DNA of 64,000 nucleotides, taken from positions 6,761,129 to 6,825,128 of the forward strand of contig CM082576.2 in NCBI GenBank assembly GCA_040954595.2, read 5' to 3'. Origin of the DNA: Balanoglossus misakiensis (lineage: Eukaryota; Animalia; Hemichordata). The translations under genes and the position numbers were made by a program. The notes beneath the pieces are model-generated. The model saw only the letters and a list, made by a program, of their open reading frames with translations. It did no database searches and had not been told where the DNA came from. This document shows, piece by piece, positions 26,265 to 38,900 of the stretch. Each line of letters opens with the position of its first letter. Position 1 is the first letter of the stretch.

Positions 26265-28467
26265 CTAATCTGTGTCTTTACTAGTCTCCCCTGTGGGTGG
26301 CTGGAGGTGAGATGGGACAGCATTCACCCTGACCTGAAATAAAAAAAAGTTAAATTGTCAATACATGATCTGCTACAGTGAGGAACAAACTTGCATGCAT
26401 TGTGTCTTCTAAGATAAGAATCATTAGTTAAAGAAGCACTGTCCAATGATAAGCCCAAACAGACAAATCACGACAGGCGTTTTGAGTTGCCTTTACCTTC
26501 TGTACATGCATTGCTATTCCCTCGGGAAGATTTCTCTCGACGTATTCCAGAAATGTCTCTGCTGTACTGCCGGTCAAATGCTTCATCTGTAGAACAAGAG
26601 ATACCAGGTAAAAAATGAGCATTAGGCTACACATAGACTGATGTACTGATACACCGGCCTATCCTACTACTATAAAAACAACAAAACCAATTTTGTGACA
26701 ATATAGATGATAGATGATAAAAATATTATTAATCAAACTAAATTTCTGCAATTACCTCTATTTGTCTCGAGTAAGTTCTGATTTCATATTGCACTCTGTG
26801 TTTCTTATAAATATGCCTTGATTTGAGGAGTGTGTATCTTTTGTTGTGCCTATCCAAAGTCTGCCTGCAAGGAAAGAATGAACGACACTCCAGATTATCA
26901 GTTCGTTGGCCCTGTTACAATTGGGAAATTTGAAAATGTTTTATTGGTGATGTGATAAAAATCAGACATTCTCGCAGCATATATCAGGCTGAAGGTTGTG
27001 CTGGCCAGCATACAAATCACATGATATTCCTGATGCTTCAACTTCGATGCCACCAGATGATCGATTCACTATCGTGGCTTTTGGAGTCACCAGAGAATGT
27101 TACTTACACACCAGCCACTTTGATACCTAGTTCATCTGCTGCCATGGTAACAAACTGCTGATAGCTGTCAAGAACTGCATCGTCGTGTCCCTTCAACTTC
27201 AAGCTGATCTGTTTGTACAAACTGTCTGGCTCATCGCTTTCTTCAATCTGTAGTGAGAAAGAATACAGAAAATCAATTTGAACACAGTTCACATTCTCAA
27301 CTCTTTTTTTTTTCATATCAGTGATCCTCAACTAGGGACAATACCTCTGAATTCAGCATGCATGATAAGATGTAGATTGGGTATTTCAATATGTATATAT
27401 CTCTGAACCCAAAATTCCCCATCTGTCAGTTTTAAAAATGTACTGTTAATGCCCTAAAAATTATACTGTGTACATTACTATTCGACTGCCACAACAGTGA
27501 AATATAAATTGAGGACCATGTAAAGCTTCTGCTAATGCAATTTAAAACTACCTGTATGACACCACTGGAATTCCGATGGATGCTGACTGTACTACATGGC
27601 TTCAGGAATTCTGTGGATAGTAACACAAGTAGGCAAAATACCAATCATTAGATGCAAATCTCCATAAAGGTGACTGGGAAGTTAGAAAATTGCAGGTCTA
27701 TTATCATACAATGCAATACAGAAGGCAAATCATTACCAGATGATGCACCACCACCTGACAGACTCAATTTCCTCGTAATGTATGTAATGTGTACAATATC
27801 ATGGATATTCCATATAAAGTCTGCTTTTAGGGATTCAGCAATGAACGTCTTACCTGTATATAATATTCTTCCTCTGTTTTGAAAACTGTAAATAAAATAA
27901 GCATATATCTGGTTAAAATCTGGACTACCAAACAATCACATATTCACACTCAGATCACCGAAAACTGCAATACTCTCTTACCTTTGACTGAAGAAATTTC
28001 TCTGGAAGCCCTGCTGTAAACAACGGTAGACCTGTATCATGTACAAAAATGTGATACCAGTGAGTTATTGGAATTCAGTGTATAATGTACACAATTTAAT
28101 TACTGAGGATTGCGGAAATCAACAAATCAAACAGCAAGATTGAAGATGTCTGGAAACCAAAATTATTTAAGTACTGAACTCTCTCTTAATATCAGCACTG
28201 CAGCTAACAGTTTCACTGGAGGCATCTATTTTGGAGAGTCACAGATCAGACTCAGAGCTTCGATCTAGAAATAACACGGAGGAAAATGACAGAACAGTGT
28301 GATGAAATATATGAAATGTACATAAAAGATGATCATGGCATGATGATCACAAGATCAGGGCTCGTGTGTGACGATCAGTTTCCAACAGGAAGATAAAAGA
28401 GAAATATTACCTTTGCAGTTTCGCAGAGACTTAATATACACCTTGCTCCTAAGCGAAGAGTAAACAT
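26265..28467 (-). CDS. MRPS10: Mitochondrial ribosomal protein uS10m (MRPS10), complete multi-exon gene
   Basis: ATG 28467-28465 ([19 protein letters not shown], transit-peptide-like). Core: [86 protein letters not shown]. Stop TAG 26267-26265. Exons encoding the N-terminal presequence are less certain. Confidence 0.93.
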
Positions 28468-28802
28468 CGTGCTCAGTTTAGGTTTAGAAACGGTGAAATT
28501 ATGCGAAAAGCATGTACTTCGTCGCCCCCAACGTTTACTTCTGACTGACCTTTCACCTCAAGTTGACCTCGCCTCTTGGGTGACATACTTCGATATCTAT
28601 TTTTTTAAGATTTAGTTAATTTCTACTGATATTATGACAAATATACATAATTTTTCAAGATACACGTAAGACGCTTTACTTATGTCGAATTTCTTAACCG
28701 CGGTAAAAGTACTGTCACACGATCGAGAACCGACAATTACCCATAAGTCCTTGTTGTTTCCATGGTCACCAGCGAATATCAACGACCGAGCGAGATTTCA
28801 AG
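28468..28802. promoter_or_regulatory. Bidirectional promoter MRPS10 <- -> DNAL1
   Basis: 335 bp between divergent ATGs; CpG-rich; contains an X-box-like and a Staf/ZNF143-like motif. Confidence 0.75.
28756..28769 (-). promoter_or_regulatory. RFX X-box candidate upstream of DNAL1
   Basis: The minus strand reads GTGACCATGGAAAC, fitting GTNRCCATGGNAAC, about 35 bp upstream of the ATG of a motile-cilia gene. X-boxes are established in ciliary gene promoters. Confidence 0.65.
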
Positions 28803-31236
28803 ATGGTGGGTTACGGAGATATCCTGACATCGATTAGAATTTCGCGAACCACGTTTTAAAATTACTTTAAGTAACATATTCCGATCCACATACGTAAAAG
28901 CAACTAATATACAATTTTCCTTTTCTTACAGGCGGCTGTAAAAGGAACAACGATCAAGGAGGCACTCGCCAGATTTGTAAGTACAATGACACCATGTTTT
29001 CAATATGAATGATCCAGGTTGATCCTTCCAACAACTGAATAACAACAAACTCTCAGTCATAGTCAGATGGGAAGAGTTTAGTGGGAACTATAAATCACAC
29101 GCGTGATTGCATTGATGACACAGTCAGTGATTGAATACTAAATATCATGTCAGCTGAAGAATATGCCTATAGAATTTAAAGTATTTCATTCAGGACAACA
29201 TGATTGAACATGACTACACTTTATGGAACAGAATGATGCTACCTTGTCCCTTCAAATTTAACACCTAGAAATTGTTACAAGAGGTTGATTTTGACAGACT
29301 GTGGATTTGGTGTGAATCCAGTATTATGTTCACCAGCATATTTCCTATATGAAAATTTTGAAGAAGAAAAAAATTGCATAGACAGTCAACAACAGCAAAC
29401 CAATGCTGTCCTCTACATTTTTCTGCACAGGAGGAGAAGAAGGGTGTCAAGGCCGCAGAAGCCACAGAAGTTTTGCTTTATTCTCAGTTGCCTCCTGTCG
29501 AAAAGATGGATGCCTCACTCTCAACACTTGCAAACTGTCAGTAAGTACTTGTTCAATTGGTTGATGCATCGAAGAATTCTTCATAATAATCCTCACCTGT
29601 CTTTTACCGTAAACCGGTCTGAGTACATACTACATGTGTTTTCCTTTCACTCCACAGAAAATTGTCACTATCCACAAACTCCATTGAGAAGATTGCCAAC
29701 CTGAATGGTCTTAGTAAGTACATGTACATGTAAATCTATGAAACTTGAATGGCACTTTCTGTGAAACAAATCTTGATTTACCATTTTGAAGTACATTATT
29801 CACTGTTATTGCGAGTGTGTCTCATGGGAGCAAAGTCAGTCCTATTAAATGAGTGCAGTGACATTTGAAATAACTATTCTTATGAAGAACTTCTAAAAAT
29901 TTAGTACTACAACCATCAGTACTTTACTTGCATGATTTTGGACACATCCTCTGTGGCCCAAATGATGTGGTCTTTCAGTGGCAAAAATGACAGCGGCATT
30001 AACTTAATGTCCCCATCTTTTGTCTCCAATCTAGAGCATTTAAAAGTTTTATCACTGGCTAGGAATAGCATCAAAAGCTTGAATGGATTGGTAAGTCACA
30101 ATTTTCTCTCTCAGAGAGTTTTATATAATTTATGCCAGAAAGATACTGTCAAGGGAATTTAGGGGGGGGGGTCTCTTTGTTCATTGCATTTGTCCAATAA
30201 TCTGTTCTCATATATCCAATTTGGATAGAATTTTTCTTCCCCCCTGAAGCTTATGATTGGTTCTGTGACCTTACAATTTTTTTTGCCAGAAACACTGAAC
30301 AGTGAAACGTACATAATATGAATCTATCCAATATGACTTTGGTATCGTATTGCATGTGAAGTCAGTCCAATCGTTTAAAATATCACAGTCCATTGTCACT
30401 AATCATGTTTGACTGTTTTGTCTGCATTCAGGAAGCGGTGGGTGATACTCTTGAGGAACTCTGGATATCATACAACAACATAGAAAAACTCAAGGGCATT
30501 CAAGTGCTTAAGAAACTTGCGGTGAGTTGGTTTCTTTCACATTCTGCTGTGAATTTGTTCAGGGTCATTTTGGTTAATTTCTTACTTAAACACTTTCAAA
30601 ACTTTTGAGTTGTTTTTTTTTTCTTCTGTCATTTGCAGATCTTGTACATGTCAAACAATTCCGTGAAAGACTGGTCTGAATTTGGCAAGTTGCATGACTT
30701 GCCAAATTTAAAAGATCTTCTGTTTGTCGGCAACCCCTTGGAAGAGAAGCACACAGCAGAAGGCGACTACAGAGATATTGCAATCAAGAAGCTTCCGCAA
30801 CTGAAAAAGCTTGATGGTGAGTGTAAAAATCTTCAACCTGTTGAATGTGGCAGGTTTAGGAAGAAGAAGATGGATGGGACTGATGTTGTGATACTTGTAT
30901 TTTCTGTCTGATCCAAGAATTACAGCCTTCCTGTTTCATTTCAATATTGGCAAAACCACCGCTGTTGTGCTTTCAATGACAAATATTCACGAAGTGGGTT
31001 GATGTGTAAAGGGTCACCAGAATGGCGTGTCCCATTGTCTGTTACTTCAGCCGAAGGAGTTCAGTGCCCACAAAAACAAAATCTTGCAATCACTTGCTGA
31101 TGTACTGTAACATACGTATGCACACACAAACACACACATACATGAACACTGTTGTCATTTAGTGGCAGATTTACTTATTGTTCCTTTTTTTACAGGCATA
31201 CCAATTGTAAGGCAAGATGAAGAAGATGAAGACTAA
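28803..31236 (+). CDS. DNAL1: Dynein axonemal light chain 1 (LRR protein), complete, 8 coding exons
   Basis: Exons 28803-28805 (ATG only), 28932-28976, 29431-29540, 29658-29713, 30035-30090, 30432-30521, 30639-30816, 31196-31236. Protein: [120 protein letters not shown]. Confidence 0.96.
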
Positions 31237-31253
31237 GGCTAACCTCCAGAGAT

Positions 31254-31346
31254 TTAACCCTTTAACCACCGTGGTTCAGGCCAAACCTATCATTTTCTAT
31301 GGTAAGGCTGGACCTCTAAAGAGGGAACTGGGGGTGAAAGGGTTAA
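31254..31346. mobile_element. TTAA-flanked piggyBac-like MITE in the DNAL1 3' UTR
   Basis: TTAA|CCCTTT...AAAGGG|TTAA: a TTAA target duplication plus CCC-start TIRs, the piggyBac hallmark. A diverged copy lies at 44519-44614. Confidence 0.7.
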
Positions 31347-34089
31347 AACACAACTGCAACAAAATTATATCAAAACTTAGAAACATCCGAGTGATACACT
31401 ACAAATAAGTAGTAGATTTTATCGTCCTTGTAAATACCTTTTTGAATAATTCACATTACAACATATTTGCCATTTGTATTGTATCACTTAACCCATGTGA
31501 TATGTCATAAATTGTGGTCAACTATGTTACACTTTTAATAAACATCTTCTAATTTTTGTTTTGTAAATACATTGTTGTGTGGCCAACCCATTTTCTTAAA
31601 AGATTCATGATGACTTGAAGGAAAGGTCTTTTCTTACTTTTCATTAGTATGCAGGAAAACTTCACAAAGAAATGATGAACATGCTGTTATTTATTAATGC
31701 CACACATCTGATATTTTCAACTTCTTTTAAAAATGAACTTTAATAATTACAATTTTAAATAGTTGGAGGGGGAGGTTTGGATCACGAACAAAGTGTCATC
31801 TGTCTCCCTTTATACCATCTGCCACAGAAAACAGCCTGTAATTTCTGTTATCATATCTTTGCCATGGTAAGTAACCCACAGAACTGCTTTCCCTTTCACT
31901 GGAAAAGAAACACATGGGAATGACTGGATTTATTTGTGAATATGTGTTTTTGAACATCTTTGATATTAAAGTTTTTCCTTAATCTTAGTTGAAGGTGTGC
32001 GAATTTGTTACTCAAATACATTGCATGTACAATAGAAAAACAACTCTCGTGAAAACTTATCTTGTCAACTGGCGGCAGAGTCGAGGCATGATTACGGATC
32101 GGATGTGATAGGACGTATAGATTATCAATCTGACTGCAGAGGGCGCTATTTGGCAGTAAGCAGGGCTGCTCCTTGAGCTCCCGTGTTCACACACCCATAT
32201 CTTTGTCTTTCTGTCTGTTTATATCTGATTTGTTAGTGAATTAAGACATGTATGGTTAGAGAGATTTTTAGCAGTGCCTTGTAAACTGCTAACTTGCTTT
32301 TGGCTATGACTAATGTAATGACATGATGTAAATGCAAGACCCCATGCCCCATTGTGTTAAAATTACAAATGTGCGGAGATTGTACCTTTTATTACATGAC
32401 TTATCATGTCGAAAAAAAGACTACCCTGCATTTTGCATGCAAATTCCATCCACAAAATAGTCACTGAAGTACATTGTAAGTTATTCATTGGGGTCATATA
32501 GGATATTGACAATATAATAACAGAATGGAGTTATTGATCATTCAATTATACGAGTTTAATATTTGCCGAAACAATACTGGTATGTTAGGCTACTACATAA
32601 TAATACATTTTGTTGTTTAGACAAAAGCATTCGGGCGTGTAGGTGTGTTCGGGTAAACAATTCCTATTCGTCATAGTGACGTATGTCCTTGCCCTCTTGT
32701 ATCTGGGCCACTCAATGAGACGGCGGCTTTTAATATGTTGCATTTCCCTTTCGTATTTTTAATAGTTGTTTCTCTACTGGTCCCGGAACCTGTTGGCATG
32801 ACTACGACTTACCTGTCCATTCCGAGCACGACTGAATCTTTCAGGCCAATAGTTTGCTTTATAAAGTACACGTTTATTACCCATACCGAACGTAATAAAT
32901 GAGTTATTATTCTATCATGTTGGAAGTTAGAGGTAACGCTAAAATGCGTTCTAACTGATAAATAGTGTCAAAACTTCTTCGTGTCTCTTTAATTGTTTAG
33001 ACAACGGTTCAGGTAGTACTTTCATTTGTCAGGTCCCGAGAGCAACTTAATCACAAACGTTTCTGTCACGGGAACTATACTTAATCATTCTCCATTCTGT
33101 TTGGAATTTCTTCAAGACAATCGACGACTAAAAGTAGTAAAGTAGTAGTAGTTTTGAGCTACCGGTCGCCTTCTACGTTTAGAATATTTTCAATGCATTG
33201 TCCAAATTCAACAGGTTGGAAGAACGAAACCAAGGTCAAACAGGGTTCGGATCCAACAAAGGCACACGTCGCAAAATGTAAAGCGGGGATGGACGGCATA
33301 GACAACTCGGAGAGATTTCGGCGTCCAACTTTCGACAAACCCCCCCCCCCCCCCAGGTCCTAAAAAAGCAAAACAAGTGTTTTGGCGATCTAAGAAGTGT
33401 TAGCGCGATCGGAGGGCTGCGCACGCGCCGCTCTCTCACGTATCGTGGTCATACATATACAATTTTATGTCACTTTCTTCGGGGCGAAGTTGATTTTAAA
33501 ATATATGATTTCATTTGAGTGTCTATGGTAACCGTTGTACAGAAACTACATATAAAAAGTATCTTATACGGCTGAGACGCCATAGTACCTTAAATACTAC
33601 ATAACCAGTGGCCTGGAAAGAAGCTGGCGCGTGTCACGTGTTTCCTATAGTTACTGACATGTGAATTGTATTTATTTATATCGAATGTTTCTTGTACTCT
33701 TTCATAAAATTGTTGAACCGATAGTCAAAATTGTGTGAATGGCATGATTTTATGGGAGCTTGTCAATCTTTCGGTAGCAACACGCAACAACAATGCTATT
33801 GTCCGTGTTGTCTGTAATTTATACGAGTAACTTAGCAACTAATTTGGGTACAAAACAGAGTAATTATAAATGGCGAAGTAACTGGACGCTCCTCTTAATA
33901 CGTCTAGCTACCTCGGCAGCCCTGGACAGACCCTGGATCTCGGCGCTGCTCATATATATAGGCCTATATAGGACTTTGTTCTGGTATAAAACTGTGAATA
34001 TGTAGCTGGGACGAGTGGGAAAACTCCTGGATAAAACAAATCTGATTGGAATCAGATATAATGTAAGGCGACGTCTTTTCGTCGGTACG

Positions 34090-34187
<98 letters not shown>

Positions 34188-34190
34188 CTG

Positions 34191-34245
<55 letters not shown>
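34090..34245. repeat. (CAT)n microsatellite, about 52 units with one interruption
   Basis: Seen directly, with a CACTGT interruption near 34186-34191. It is the source of the spurious poly-M and poly-H ORFs. Confidence 0.98.
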
Positions 34246-35934
34246 AACAGCATTATCCGGACCTATTATTATTATTATAAATATTATTTTTATATAGTTC
34301 TTTATTTAATTATTACAGATAGTTATAGATATTGACAGGCCATTTTCATTTTTTCGATTCGGCGAAGCTGGCTTCCGTGGGCCAAACTTCCTGACTTTAA
34401 TATTACATTTGTACTATAAATAGGCCTACCAGCCCAGCTACGCCGGCTAGCAAATGTATATAAACTCGATATAATAATACATGACTAAAATAATAGTATT
34501 TGTTTCACCTTTCTCAGTCTGGTACTATAACTTGTACAGTTACGCTAACCATTCGACTGGAAACATAATTCTAAGCCAAGTGATACCCAGGTACTCGATA
34601 CCACTTGCATTATACCTTGCCTGGTCGGCCACGGGCCGTCAGCACAGGCCCTGTCCCATGACGTCACCTAATACAGTCAAATATTGGTGAATGCGCGGAC
34701 GTGGCGTTCTGTTTCCTGTGAACTACTTTCGGTTCCGGCGACAGGTTTGATACGGAATTCAAGGATAGATGCACTATTATTGTGATAATCATAGATCAGC
34801 ACATTTCTTAATCGCCATGTGATACGACAATATCATCTGTCCTAAGCAAAATGTCCAATCTTATAATGGACCTATGTCGTTTAGCGGAAGGAGATAATAG
34901 AAGTTGGCAGTAAGGCGGCATCGCTTTTTTGCAGCCATGTCGTATACAATCACCGTGTATCGAAATCGCGAAGGGAGAATATTTCAATCGAGAAGTGCTT
35001 CCAAAAAACAACAGTTGCATCCTTGCAGGTAAGGCATCCTACTTCTATATTTATCAGTGACCATGCAGGTGCAAGTTTCGGGCGATGTCGTTCGAGATAA
35101 AGGGTGCGTTTTGTTTCCAGTTGTTGCTGCTTAGCAAATCAACTTGCACTGCATTTGCAACAACATCAGTACGCCGTAAGCTTGTACAAAATGTATATGT
35201 CACTGTGTGTACATTATACGTAGTCCACGATAAGCCGTGTACACATAGAAGCCTTTGCGAGTACGAGCTTCAAACGCATTCGCTCGACAGTCGAATCTGG
35301 TTGGGTGAACACAAAGCAGTCGCTACACAACGACAATAGAAACTTTTAATTCGACATTCAACCCCTTTCAGCTACGTAATCCTGAAACAAGTCAGCGGGT
35401 CAGTGGAGTCGATTCGAACCTCTATGATGCTCGGTTACCCACTATATGATCATCTAGCTCCCTCCCCGCTTCTGTCCACATCCCATATGATTTCGTGCCA
35501 TGCCGATCGCGATTGCGCCCAAACCCAAAACGATGCATGAGGGGAAAGTGCACCGTCAATAATAAATGAAGCGGTTTAATACATCAAATTGCGTAGGGCT
35601 GCGTTTGTCCCATCATGTCATTGCTCGTTTGTGTGTTGACGTCGTTGCCCTGTGTACTGAACCATTTTGCATTGGATTGAATTGAAGCGCATTTCAAAAC
35701 CAACTTCCTGGTGAACATTGCCATGGCATCATTAACTTCTAAGCTAATTATTACACGCCAGGAAGTGCGATATTACATATACTGCCCTTGTATCTTCCCA
35801 GGTTTACTTAGACATTCCCTCAAGATGTACTGATTTTTTTCCACGGAGGTTGGAGTCGAGCATTGACCATCAGGAAGCGACTCAAGGTCATTCAGATATT
35901 TCCATTTTCATAGCAGTGTAACATCTGTGCTAGT

Positions 35935-38900
35935 ATGAGTAGCAGTAGCGAAAGCAGTCCAAACTTTGACAGTGTGAGAGCAAGCAATGTGAACCCAAGG
36001 CAATCCCCGAAGGGATCTGGTATAGGACAACTGCACATATCGAGTACGACAGTTACAGGAGCGGTTGGTGTTGCTACATCTCCGGTCGACAGCGTTGGAC
36101 ATCTTGGGGGCTCTCAGCATCAACAGCAACAGACTCCGCCACCACAGTTCAATCAGTCATCTTACCCTCCCCCGCCATTTACCCATTTCCAGTTCGACAG
36201 ATTTCGCTTTCCGCCGCACACCCAGGTCCCGCCGCCGGCCAGGGTCGCGCCCATTCGTGATTTCATTAACATAGGACAAGACTTGACACCTGGTCAGGCT
36301 CAACAGCAAGGTGGGGGCGCTCAGCAGCTTGGCCTTCCTCGCTCGGTGACAGACCGGCTTCCTCCGAGCTATCACAACACTACCTCATACGCAGAGAATC
36401 CAAATACTCAACTGGCTGCTGTGAAATCGGAACAGGTCAAGAGAATGGACCGATTCACAGGAACCGGGATGGATGCGCTCGACGCACTCCCACAACTTCT
36501 CTGTAGCATCAGCCAACATTCCATGAAAAGTAATCAGTATTTGAGCGGCGATCCCCAAGTGAAGGAGATTGAGAGTCAGTTTTCCAAGGATACCCTGGCG
36601 GCAGGCCTGAACATTGATCGGGGAGAGACCGACAAGACGTCGCCTCGCATTCCAACGTCGTTGTCCGACGGCATGGGCAATAGTTTACAGTCCGACAAAG
36701 CCATGTCGCCACTCTCCGTCATACCTGTTACGTGCACCTACACTGAACCCAGCCAGGAAAGTCCAGCCTCCCTGTCGTACAGCAACACCCCGCCGCTGTC
36801 CAATCAGCAACTGCGCTCGTATCGCCCCGCGGCCGACCAGATGCTGAGCGCGCTCAACTACAACGACGACCAGCTGCTGCAGGACGGGGGTCTGATGGGG
36901 GACAGCACGGCCGCCAACTCGCTGGGATTGGAGGACACTCTGCTCAACACGGGCATCGGCGTGGGTACGTCGGGGGCCATGCGACTGGGGGACAACCAGA
37001 GCGCCCTCGACTCTAACCCCGCCAGCGTCAACAATGAGACATTCGACTTGTTTGTGGAAGGGGAAACTAATGTGGACGACTCCAACTACATGTCAGAACC
37101 ACAGACACTGCCATTGTCCCCGCAGACTTTTAGCACCGAAGCGAACACCGCAAATTTCACGTCTATGACTACCTCTCTCAGTGGTAGTAGTAGTAGTGTT
37201 GTCAGTGGTGCCACAGATAATGAGCCAAGTCAAGGTAAGTACTTGGAAGCATTTTCTTTTGCCCCTTTGACAAAATTCACTGTCATCATATCACAACTAT
37301 CTACATGTACTGTACACACACCAGATAGCCTAATTCATGCAAGGGCTTCTGGTCAGGTGCTTAATTTCTCTGTACATTTGCATATTTGTGATATCATTGG
37401 CCAGTGACTCAAAAACCATGAGTTCATTAAATAATGACAAATGGTTGCAACATTATTGTTGCCTTTATTGTTTGATTGCAAACATTCTGAGTGAAATATT
37501 GCTTGTTTTGTGCATTATTTTTATGAGAGTTTGATGAAAGCACAGGGTCAGAAAACTTTCTGGTATTCATGTTTATGCTTCATTTCTGATGGCTGGTTAC
37601 AAATGACATTTTTTATGGTTTATTTGTGGTGCTATATTTGGAAAAAGATCTGTCTGATTTTTTGCGTAGCTTTCGCTTATAAGTAATGTGTGTGTGTATG
37701 TCAGTTGATTGTCAGTACATGTACCTGCAAACATAGTCCAAAGGGACGAATGGATTAGGCTTTATGTGTGTGTGCGCGTGTACATGCGTCAATCCATCCA
37801 TCCAGAGCCATTCCTCCAACATGATGCCTGAACCAATTTCATTCAATATTGGTACAAGCACATTGCACTATGATCATATGCATCATTGCATGTCAATTCG
37901 TGTCACAGTATAATCCAGTATGACTGTCGAATGTTTTGTGACACGCTCCAGCACAGTTACCATAATCTTCAAAAACAGGTGGCAGTTTTTCCAGTAAGGA
38001 TGCTTGACACTGTGTCAATAAACCATCTTTACTCAAAATTGCCTTGATCATTATTGTGAGCAATTAGCTACTGAAGATTAGTCTAATACTGTTTCACACA
38101 TTATTATGTAACTGAGGATATCACATATACACATGATTCAGAGGACAGTAGACACATAAGTGGATTAGCCATCCTTTTCTGTAACCTGGCATTGCCAGGC
38201 TTGTTAGGCAGACAAGTATGTGTAATTTCACTGCTTCACACTTGTATAAATTCCAAGTCACGTACACACAATGAAACTTTATATAATATACTTTTAAAGG
38301 GCTGTGTTGCCTCAGTGTGTCTTCAAAATTGGCTCGACAGCATCAAGAATTCATGATACAAATTTAGGCAAAGTATAGAGTTTTCAGTAAAATCGTGAAG
38401 TCGGGGTGTGCTCTCCAAGCCAGTGTGGCATGCCAACGACCTGTTGGGATTCCCCTTGATCTAGGTAATTTTCAATTGTACATGTTCTTGATTGAGAGGT
38501 AGAATTGACCTTTCATCATGGTTGTTACATTTAGTTCTTTGGATACAATTTCTCATTGTACCCCTATATAGCATGGTTAAATACCTATTATTCTTTGTGT
38601 CACCATAGCTTCAGGCTATATATTTAAATATATAATTATAGCATGATCGAATGTTGACATATGAATTCTAAGGTTTGACATTCATGTTTTTACTGTAACA
38701 ACAACAGCAGCAACAACAACACCAACATCAACAATAACAACAAATAATGCCGACTCTACACATATACATGTATGGGATCTGGTAGTGTTGATGACCCGAG
38801 TTAGTATTTTCAGCAAGCTTGAGGGATTTGAACAAGAAATCGATAAATAGAACAAAAAAATACTGAGAAAAAAATAGCCAAAAGTTACAGCTATTGGAGC

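Noticed and set aside
33964-34335. Poly-Met and poly-His ORFs
   Set aside because: They are translations of the (CAT)n microsatellite, with no splice or homology support.
35390-35440. tRNA or SINE suggested by a B-box (GGTTCGAATC on the minus strand)
   Set aside because: There is no T-stem pairing, A-box or cloverleaf.
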